Source: Takakia lepidozioides
Lineage: Eukaryota; Plantae; Bryophyta
Assembly: GCA_030704615.1 (NCBI GenBank)
Contig: CM060734.1
Location: 10,788,001 to 10,852,000 of the forward strand
Direction: 5' to 3'
DNA length: 64,000 bases
In this document: one piece after another, positions 25,601-35,209 of the stretch
Numbering within the stretch: position 1 is the first letter of the stretch
Layout of the letters: every line of letters starts with the position of its first letter
The notes under the pieces: model-generated
The model's input: only the letters and a program-made list of their open reading frames with translations
The model's database searches: none
What the model was told of the DNA's origin: nothing
Made by a program: the position numbers and the translations under genes

Positions 25601-28105
25601 GCGTAGGCTCTCTGCTGCAGGAGAAATCTCCATCTTGAATTGATGTGCTTGTGTGTCCAGCTGCTCTTGCGCATTCGTCGTCACCTGTGGAGATTCTCCA
25701 TCAGATCGCTTTCCTGAAAAAATACAATGAATCCACCCCCTACAAGAGTAGAAGCGCCAAACGAAGCGTGGGGAAGTACCTGAAACCACCATGTCATGCG
25801 GTTCATCCACATGTCGAATGTCGGGTCAGACAGTTTGTCCGGTTTGGGGAAGCTCCACATGTCCCTTGTACTTTGGGAACCATTCCAGATTTGGATCCAC
25901 CGGGTCTGTCCAACCACCCAGCATATTCGTAAGCGCCAAACACCACAAAAACGAGTTGTTGCCACCACAATTTGGTTAAGAATGTATCACCTTTTCTGTT
26001 GCATCCACACAGGATGTGGCTAGACAATGGAGCTTCTCCAATGTCATCGTGGGCTTCAGAGCGCGGGAGTAGTGCTTCCCCACCTCCACCAGAAAATCGG
26101 CACCAAGGGCGGGATCAGCTATGGCCACGTACTTTAGCATCCGCGACTTGTACTTTATGCGGGTCCTGGCCTCCGCAGCTTTGAGATACGATTCGAGTGC
26201 CGGGAGGGTTAGATTCTTCTCCTCTGACTCCATGTAGAACCTCCGCGCATGTGCCAAATCCTGCTGAATTTTCGTCTGTCAAGAATGCGCACATAAGATT
26301 AGAGATCCTGCTCAACACTTTTTCTTCTATTGGGGGAGGAGAGACAGATTAGCTCAACAAAACAGTCAGGAGCTTTACCCGAAATATGTAGTCCACCATG
26401 GCATCCATGCTCAGCCTATACCAGGTTCTGTCTGCCTTTGCCTCCGACTTGCGCAGGAGGTCGGCACTGAGCGAATTGGCAAACTCTTGCACCCCCTGCT
26501 TCCCGACATCCTTCACTCGGAAGAGCATATGGGACAAGTTGGTGGCAATGAAGGCATTCTCAGTCACCCTGCAATGCCACATTTCCATCAAACAATACTG
26601 AAATGGGAATTTTCAACAAATATGAGGATTCGCAATGAAATGACTTACAAATTTTGGGTCCAAAAGCAAGAGGCGTTGTAACTTACGAGTTGATGTCCGC
26701 CATTGCAGCTTTGAGAAGACTGCGATTTTTGGGCCCCGCAACCTTCAGCACAACACACTCCACGGCGAAATGCCAATCGAGGTCGTTGGGGTGGGCTTCG
26801 GCTATGTGCTCCATCCATGCCAGGAGGCGATGATTGCCGTCCCACACGTAAAACATCTTTCCGGACAAGTGCTGGAAAAGAGGATCAGTAGCAATCGATC
26901 TCTCGAACTCCTCATTTCGCCTTTGCCAATGGGGACCCCATTTGTCCACCTCATCGGAAGTGTGGGCACGGGAAGCTCCGTGGTCGTTCTCAATGGAAAC
27001 GTAAAACGCGGTAGACCCCATTCGATATCCATCCCGGAAAGAGAATTTCAGCTTGTCGATATCGTCTGGGAGGGCAGGTCTCACCACCTGCAAAGACACC
27101 AAGCGGCAAAGGGGAATTCGAAGCTTGGCCGGGTACACCATGCCACCCAGCACCCTGCCAATGTTGCTCTGGGTTGCCTCCAACATCTTGGCAGCGGCCA
27201 ACTTCATATCCGCCTCCGACATGACGTCTGCTGCAGAGGGGTTCTCCGGCAGCCCACCAGGACCGCCAAATTCAGCCTGTATGCTGCGGGTTTGGGGCCT
27301 GGGGATGTCCGGGAGGATGTCATCCTGGTCAGAAAGCTTGGTGTCGTCCTCCTCAACATGGTCAACCACCGGTGAAACCACCTCGAGCACTCTCCCCGTC
27401 TCTACTGCCATCTCCCCGGCTTCACCTCGAACTTGCACAATCCGTGCTCTTTGTGGTGTTTCTTTCCTCTCCTCCACTCTCCACCGTATGGGTAATTGCG
27501 GGGGCTGCTCTTGTCCGCGATGGTGTAACCGGTGTGTTACTACCTCTTTGTGGTGTCTTGGAGGGATCCACCGTCTCTGTGCGTCCCTCGCTTACATGGG
27601 CATCTGTCATTTCGGCACCCCTGGCCTCTTCAGTGGCATTTTCTCTTTCCTCCTGGCTAGCCTTCTGTCTCGCCTGTTCTTTTGCCCTCTCTTTTGCCCT
27701 CTCACGGGCTTTCTATTTCTTACTAGGGCTAGCAGCAGGGGAGCCCTCCAGGACGACCACCTTTGATTGAGGAGAACTGACACCCTCGCGCGCACTGCTC
27801 ACTCCCCCCTCCGCAGCCCGTGACGGCTCTCTCGCCGGGGATTGCATGTGTTTGGCTTTCTTCTTCTTCTTTGCGTGGGCGGGCCCTACTGCATGTGCAT
27901 CAACAACCTCCATTGCCGGATCTGCTGTCCTCACGTCCTCACGCCCTTCACCTGCCATGCCGCCTGCACCAACCTCCCTAATGCCTATTCTGTCGTACTC
28001 TCGCTGCAGGTCCTCCCGTCCACCAACAAAAGGTTTTAGTTTGCCCTCCCGCCCCAAGTTGGGCGATCCAAACATGCGATGAGTTGGAGCTGTTGATGAT
28101 ACCAC
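22694..28105 (-). CDS. Multi-exon cargo gene (possibly recent pseudogene): low-complexity N-terminus, ParB/Srx-like domain, helical region, beta-class N4C/N6A DNA methyltransferase-like domain, acidic tail
   Basis: In-phase GT-AG exons: ~27477-26687, 26568-26379, 26275-25991, 25905-25780, 25684-25470, 25055-23922, 23833(or 23869)-23569, 23484-23283, 23153-22694. ParB-like: IPLCRLV…VRPALPDDIDKLKFSFRDGY…FYV…YVWDGNHRLLAW. MTase-like: CDMILLDIPD (motif IV position), LLDDGGCVVV, then spliced TRSPAFIQTLMETCSDVQGRILDLTCGTG|ASIWAGTLSDRHVFAFEPD (motifs X-I-II). Lesions: TAG at 27713, frame change near 27480, frameshift in a 17-C run at 24215-24231. The start is uncertain. Confidence 0.75.
25080..25390. 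repeat. Intronic cluster of ~5 variant palindromes related to the central array
   Basis: CTGGAAATTCGGCGCCATTTTCC-type cores at ~25092, 25146, 25220, 25292 and 25366 inside predicted intron 25056-25469. Confidence 0.85.
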
Positions 28106-29089
28106 CAGCGTGCCGGGCTCGTCGTCACTCTGTCATTCCCGAAAATCGTGAGAACCAACATCGGAATGAAAACCACCATCCGCCACGAGCAGCGCAACCA
28201 CCATCGCAACAATCGTGGAACAACAATGAAAACAAAACAAAACCAAGTATGGAGTGCCATGGAACAACAATGAAAACAAATCCAACCAATGCCTAAGAAT
28301 GACATGCACAAGCAGCCTTCTTCAGAGCTGCCGGCTTTGCCCACGCATTGCAAACTATCTAAGGTTCACTCAACCAGTAACTTGCAGAAACACGATGAAC
28401 ATTTGAACACGAATTCCATAAGACGGGAAAACAGGGTGAAATGTTTTTAAGGCATTTCATTTGCTCAGACAATCTTCTCAGCTCAGCATGGATTTCCTTA
28501 ATTCCGAGATGCAACTTGTTATCTACAGCGAGGTGTGCACCCTGTTCTGGCAAGCAATCTGAATGCAGCAACGACCTGGCTCCTTTCTAACCACTCTGAC
28601 CTTGATCATTCTTCTCAACAACTCGTGCTTTTGCGATGCAACCATGCGCTTCCAGGGCTGCCAAGCGGAAGATGTGAAAACAAACTAAAAAAACGAAGAA
28701 AACCGAAAGAGGAAGGGCGGAACCTGAGAGTGCTCGGCTTCAGTTGGAGCGGGCTGTGAGCAAGACAATGGAATTTCCTGCTGGAGCTTAAGTTTGGCCA
28801 TGCGAGAGGTTGGACGTCGCCCGTAGTACAAAGCCTTCAGCTTCCGCCGCGGTCTGGATGTGGGGTTTCTCTCAGGAGAGCCACGCCCTTCTCCACGCGG
28901 CATAAGTCCCAGCAAAAGAAAAAAGATCTCACAGTATGTGTGCGTACATGCCTCGAATAGAAGTTCATCCAAGTTTAGCATCAGGTTTCCAAGGCGTATC
29001 CGGGAAGCAAGCGCGGAATCCTTGTGTCGCCAGCCCGGTTCAAAACCGACGGCGGAGGACATTTAATGCGCAACTACGTCAATCGCCCG

Positions 29090-30565
29090 CTGGATGGAAA
29101 AAATCGGCGCCGAATTTCCATCCAGCGGATGAAGTATGACGCAACGAGGCCATCCCTCCGCCCGAGCCGTTCTCATCCAGGAGACGCCGGATGGAAATCC
29201 TGCACCGCATTTCCATCCTGCAGGTAATTCGGAGCGCGGCCGGATGGAAAAACGGCGCCGACTTTCCATCTTGCAGGCAATTCGGAGCGCGGCCGGATGG
29301 AAATCCGGCGCCGAATTTCCATCCCAGAGGTAATTCGGAGCGCGGCCGAATGGAAAAACGGCGCCAAATTTCCATCCCAAAGGTAATTCGGAGCGCGGCC
29401 GGATGGAAAAAAGGCGCCGAACTTCCATCCTAGAGGTAATTCGGAGCGCAGCCGGATGGAAATCTGGCGCCGAATTTCCATCCTAGAGGTAATTCGGGGC
29501 GCGGCCGGATGGAAATCCGGCGCCGAATTTCCATCCTAGAGGTAATTCGGGGCGCGGCCGGATGGAAAAACGACGCCGAATTTCCATCCTGCAGGTAATT
29601 CGGAGCACGGCCGGATGGAAAAACGGCACCGAATTTCCATCCTGCAGGTAATTCGGAGCGCGGCCGGATGGAAATCCGGCGCCGAATTTCCAACCCAGAG
29701 GTAATTCGGAGCGCGGCCGGATGGAAAAACGGCGCCGAATTTCCATCCGCCAGGTAAGTCGAAGCGTGGATGGATGGAAATCCGGCGCCGAATTTCCATC
29801 CTACAGGTAATTCGGAGCGCGGCCGGATGGAAAAATGGCGCCGAATTTCCATCCTGCAGGTAATTCGGAGCGCGGCCGGATGGAAATTTGGTGCCGAATT
29901 TCCATCCCGCAGGTAAGTCGAAGCGCCAAATTACCATCCTGCAGGTAATTCTGAGCGTGGCCGCTTGTTTTTTTGGTCAAAAAAGACACAACCTTAAGTT
30001 TTAGACACGGTTTTCAGGGAATTCTCGACTGGTTGAGAGAAATTCCTTGCTTCTTTTCCATCCCTCGTAGTTCCTACATGGAAATTCGTTGCCGAAATTC
30101 CATCTGGCCGCGATTGCGATTAAATGCCGAATGGAAATTCGGCGCCGGTTTTCCATCTGGCCGCGAGCGCGATTACATGCCGAATGGACATTCGGCGCCG
30201 GTTTTCCATCCCCTCCGCCCGAGTCGACTTTATTCCGGCGCCCCCTGTTGGATATTCGGTGCCGAATTCCCGTCCGGGGGTTGTAATGTGACGGCCATGT
30301 GCCGGCCTCTCCCCCCGAGCCGACTGCATCCGAACGGCCCCGGATGTAAATTCGGCGCCGTTTTTCCATCCGGGGAGGTTTTTATGTCAGCCACTTTTCG
30401 GCCTGACCCCCTGACACGACTTCCTTTGGGGGGGCCCGGATGGAAATTCGGCGCTGAATTTCCATCCAGGGGATGTTCTCCGTCGGACAGGTGCTGGCCT
30501 CTCCGCCCGAGTCGACTTCATCCGGGCGGCCCATGTTGGATATTCGGTGCCGAATTTCCATTCGG
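29090..30565. repeat. Tandem array of 53-bp units, each holding a 30-bp palindrome (~14 strict units at 29189-29960, plus ~8 looser flanking copies)
   Basis: Unit GGTAATTCGGAGCGCGGCC + GGATGGAAATCCGGCGCCGAATTTCCATCC + TGCA/TAGA; period 53 measured at 29223, 29276 and 29329. The idealised core GGATGGAAATTCGGCGCCGAATTTCCATCC is a perfect palindrome. Confidence 0.95.
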
Positions 30566-30865
30566 GGGTTGTAATGTGACGGCCCGGTGCCGGCTTCTCC
30601 CTTCAGCCGACATCATCCGGGCGGCCCCCCACTTTTTGACTGCATACCGTTGGCAGTTATTGCGCAAAGACCAGGGGCCGCATTCCGGAGAGAATGTTCA
30701 TTAACACTCTGACTGTGGATTTTTGAGATAGTTGGCTCCCTGGATTTGGATGAGGCTTCGTCGCTCGGACAAATCGGCACCGCATTCCTTCCCATCGGTG
30801 CATCCCCCTTCTACCAGGGAGCTTGCCCGCACGCCATCCTGGTAGTCTTGTGTGCACATCTCCCA

Positions 30866-33488
30866 TGGCGGAAAACCCGAGCGCTACAGTGTACTGCCCT
30901 CCTCACGAGCATAGAGCTTCATTTCCGTGCAGAGGGGACATCTGCCGTGTGATGGAGAAATATCTGTGCGTTCGATACCACCTGAAACCGGGGTCGGTTT
31001 TTTTGGAGGAGGAAAGGAAGGACTCAAACGACGTTGTTGTCGAGAGTATTGTTGTGCTCCACGATGATTTCGGCGATGGCAGGGAATGGCGAGTCCCACC
31101 ATCGGACAGAGTCATATACAGGGCGGTTGGGGACTTCATTTGCCCACCAAATGCACCTTCTATCCTGGCGCCTTCCACGAAACAATCCGCGAATCAGAGA
31201 GTGGGTACCTCAAAGAGAGAAGTCCGCAACGAAGTAAATCCAGAGACCAACCCATCAATGAAGACGAGCGAGAACCGGGTTGTTCACAACCTGTCCGACT
31301 CCGACGAGGTCATGGAAGTTCCGAGATCGTCCTGGAGATCAAGCAAGTCCTCAATGGACGTCAGTGGACGAGGGAGTCATATTCCCAACACGAGCACCGC
31401 AGTTCGATCCATTCTTGAAATTCTGCGAGGGCTTCACATGGATGGACACCGCTCGGAGCTGGCCGGGCTGGACTACAGCAAGTTTGCAATTAAATCGGTT
31501 ACATGCCTTCCCGCAGACGTCGACGGTAATATCTTCTTTGAGTTCCCTCCTCGGACGGACTACTCGAGGGCGTCCGGAATGTTGACAGATATGGATAGAA
31601 AACATGACGGTCATCCTTGGTGCGTCACCAAAACCACCAGCATGAAGATGCTCGATGGTGTGCGGGTGCGCTACGTTGTTTGTGCGGGCGCGTTGCGGTG
31701 TTTCTCCCCAACTTGCTTCCATTTTAAATCCAGAGGTCACAGGAACGAGACCGATTGGACAGGCACAACTCATCAACCATTTCGAGCTTAGGAGAAGGTT
31801 CCGAACTCCACATTTAAGTGTGCACATTGCAAAGAACCACCACACTGCATGTCTGTTTGTAATGCCAAGCAGTTCTATGTGTTGCATCGTTTCCCTGACC
31901 TCACCCGAGCTTGCATACACGTTGGTTCCCATTGTCACAAATTGGCGAGGGGGAACTCGTGGGAGGCTGCCCACAAGGCAGAGCAGCTCGTTCAGGAGGA
32001 GGTTAAGTTGAGACCGGGTGCCAAACCCAAACAGATACAGCTCCAAGCCGCCCATAAGATGGCATTGGCCAGAATTATGTCGGAAGACGGCTCCGATAGA
32101 GTTCCTCTCAATAAGAAGGAAATGGAGGCATTGTTGGAGTCGGTGTCCCACGTCTGTTCACCGAATGTCCGAAACCACATTGTCTCATGCAAACAGAAAA
32201 TTGGGCGTGGCTCGGATATGCACTCCATTCTGGAGGTGAAGCGACGATGTGGATATGACTACATTCATGGAAGTAGGTTTCCAGGACAAGGGACTGAGGC
32301 AGATCGTTGTCCACGTGTGGACTTGGCAGCGGCGTCGAACTGGTCGACAGGATGACGAGTGGGGACTTGTCAAATAGTTGGGTCATGTTCGACCATATCA
32401 AGCGAATTACAAATCACCAGTGGGTGACAATGGGTGCACATGTCTACGACACCCACTGCAGGATGCTAATGACAATTGCTATTTGTGAGATGAAAGGAGA
32501 GGACACACAATCGGAGATGCTTCTTTGGCAGGGAATAAACAAACAGATGGCCAAGGCCCCCTCCCAATTTCCGTGGTTTCATGGCGGACAACACACAAGC
32601 AAATTGGGCTGCCATCCAAAGGGTGTATGGGCAAGACCCCAATGTTCCCATGGAAGGCAAGGAGAGATCTTGTGGGTTCCATTTTCTGCAGAGCCTTTCG
32701 CAGTACACAACCAGGCTCGTGGCGCCAGATTTCAGAGAGGAGCACCATTCCATGTGTCTTGCGTGGAAGCGCGCTCCCACCTTGGATGATGCAGAGACAC
32801 AGTTTGCATGTATACGGGCTTGGTGGACATCGTCAGGTGCTGTAAGGAAATCAGACGAGGGAGCAATGGTCAGTTGGCTAGCATGGTGGCATTATCATTT
32901 CCTCCAGTTCGGCGACTATATGCGGGAGGTGAGTTGCACGAATTCGCGTCCCGTTGAAAATTATTCTTGGCATTATTTGTAACTTGCTTGTAACCTCAAC
33001 ATGTGCTTGTGCAGGAAATGTGTCTCGACTCCGACACCGACATGCCCACGACAAACATGGCGGAATCAATGCATTCTTCCTGGCGTGCCTCCTCTGCGGC
33101 GCATCTGGTGGACATCCTCACTGCCACAACGGAGGACATTGTGAGGTCAATTATGCAGCAATGCAGGTACAACGAGTTCTTGAAAGAGAAACAGTGGGGC
33201 TTGGGGCCGGACAGGCAGGAAATGCTGATGCGGACTGCCTCCAGATCGAAGAATCCTCGGAAGTGGGCGGCGGCCTTGCGAGAGGGCCTTCGGGACACGC
33301 CATTACTTCGAAGAGGCCAACATTTGGAAGGAGATGTTCATACCCGTCCAGTGAGACGAAGACTTGACGAGGCACCTGGCGGGGAAGAGGATTTATGGCG
33401 AGCTGACAAGAATATTCGCACGCTCCCTCGTGGTCCCGTGATGTTGCTCGAGGAGGTCTTGTCGAGCACCGCAAGTCCTGCACGTTAG
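30866..33488 (+). pseudogene. MULE-type DDE transposase with N-terminal Cys/His-rich (GCM/WRKY-like) DNA-binding region; inactivated
   Basis: KHDGHPW…CAGALRC…C…CAHC…C…C…HVGSHCH; catalytic-type motifs WVMFDH, FMADN, CGFH (CxxH) and TTNMAESMH. Premature TAG at 31789, frameshifts near 32300 and 32560, intron ~32929-33014. Confidence 0.8.
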
Positions 33489-34524
33489 TGGTACTATTTG
33501 CACTGGTGGAATTCCGAGAGAAGATTGTGGGGTTGGATGTGGGGTTGGATGTATTAAGAGTATTTGTGTCGAGTACGTGCCCTCCAGATTATATGGAGGA
33601 TAGAGTGTAGTGGACGCCGGCCGGCGGGGGGGGGGGGGGGGGGGCGTTTGTAATAGACTAGCATGACGGTGACAGGCAGGGTGGAGTGCATACGTGGTTG
33701 GGTGCTGAATAAGGAAGCATAATTGAGCCTGATATAGATGCGGAACTAGGAGACAGATATGTTTAAGATGATAAATGGGGATTGAAAGGGAGGAGTAATT
33801 AATATTGCACAAGCACTTTGGGAACCACAGTGAGTAAGCGAGATTTGGCTTTCTCATCTTGCTTTACTGATTACACTGGTACCGATCAGTAAAATACGTT
33901 ATACCAGTTACAACTACAAAGTAGGTTGCTCAAATTATGACTACTGTCACACTGTCATAGAAGAAGTCAAATACTGGATGCCTAAAGACTTATTAATGGT
34001 CAGGTATACAGATCATGACAAATGGTATTATTGTGCCCACTAAAGATTGGTGATCAATTTAGTAAAGAAAGATTAAGTCGTGCTACGGATTCTAGCAGGA
34101 TGGTGTAATCTTGAAGAAAGGGCAGAGACCACTATAATTTTCTTTACTGAATCCAAGGCCTAGAAGAGGGTAATTAAAATAAATCCACATAGGATGTGGG
34201 ATTGAATGAAGAAAACAGGGAAAAAGCTAAGCAAGACAGAACTGAAAGATTAGAAAGATATGCAGGAAGAAAGGAAGCTCGATTAAGATTAGAGTTCCCA
34301 GAATTGCAGAACTTCAATATTCTCCCAGGAGAGACATGCGGACAAGCTAACACTGATAATCTAGAAGATCAGGAGACCAGATCTCTAGAAACTGAGAATA
34401 CCACACCAACGATAGCAGGACCTGTATTTGTTACTAGTGAGCAGTTAAAGTTAGAGAGGAATCCAGGGATATATGAAAGGTACTATAGAAGGGAGTTAGG
34501 AGTATTACCTCATGAGAGACGTGA

Positions 34525-35209
34525 CACTACAAGGAATAGGTGCTTTTTGCACCCGACTTGCGTTGCGATTTTGTTCGAAACGACTGCGCGTGGGACTCCA
34601 AGTTGTGAATGATGACTTGCTAGTCGTCGCAATCGTTTTTATGCCATGCTGGCATAAATGATGGAGTATACAAGTCGTGGAAGTGAACTCCGGGTTTCAC
34701 GCCGATTTATAGGCTGATTTCCAAAAATATGGAAAAATATATTTTTTATATTAATGAAATTTGCAGTCGTGTTGACGACTGCGGGTTGGACCCCCTGGGG
34801 ACATTTTTAGGGATTGTAACCCATATGGCACTATTTTGAAATTACAATGACACGCGTCGAATTGCGAGTGGGACAATTGATAGGGAGCTCGGGTTGTGAG
34901 CTCCGTAAGTCGCAGTGAGGGGGCCGAGGACTTAGCGAGATTTTCAAGTCACTCCTGCTCAGCGAACGCGACCTCCATCTCCTTCTTCTTCCCTTCCTTC
35001 ATCTACTATATTTGCAATGCGTGTGTGATCCTGGCAGCCCTGGAAAAGGGCAAAGAGGTCCATGCTAACATTGTCGAAGTTGGAATCGTACCAGATGTTG
35101 TTCTGAACACTGCTCTGATGAACATGTATGCAAAATGTGGGAGCATCGAGGATGCAAAGGGAGTGTTGGACAATATGGCCGAACGAGATGTGGTGTCTTG
35201 GACTGCGAT
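34525..35209 (+). mobile_element. CACTA left end followed by a PPR fragment (Pack-CACTA-like), interrupted by an LTR
   Basis: CACTACAAGGAATA at 34525; CGACTGCG/GTCGT subterminal repeats; 35005-35209 encodes NACVILAALEKGKEVHANIVEVGIVPDVVLNTALMNMYAKCGSIEDA…RDVVSWTAI. Confidence 0.65.

Larger units (their letters stand above)
22484..33500. mobile_element. Large Mutator-like (MULE) DNA transposon with divergent transposase and ParB-methyltransferase cargo gene; right end not found
   Basis: Abrupt junction GGGGGCTGCTATTTCACG at 22484 with subterminal repeats (CATGAGC x3, CACGGAAATAGGGT x2); minus-strand cargo gene; central palindrome array; plus-strand DDE transposase. The shared repeat motif links both halves. 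Confidence 0.7.

Noticed and set aside
22694-28105. Bacterial contamination or a prophage ParB-MTase
   Set aside because: The gene has multiple in-phase spliceosomal introns and is embedded among plant transposons.
29090-30565. CRISPR array
   Set aside because: The repeats are palindromic, but the spacers are near-identical rather than unique, there are no cas genes, and the context is eukaryotic.
29024-30704. Many overlapping ORFs across the array
   Set aside because: Products of a GC-rich, stop-poor tandem repeat read in several frames.
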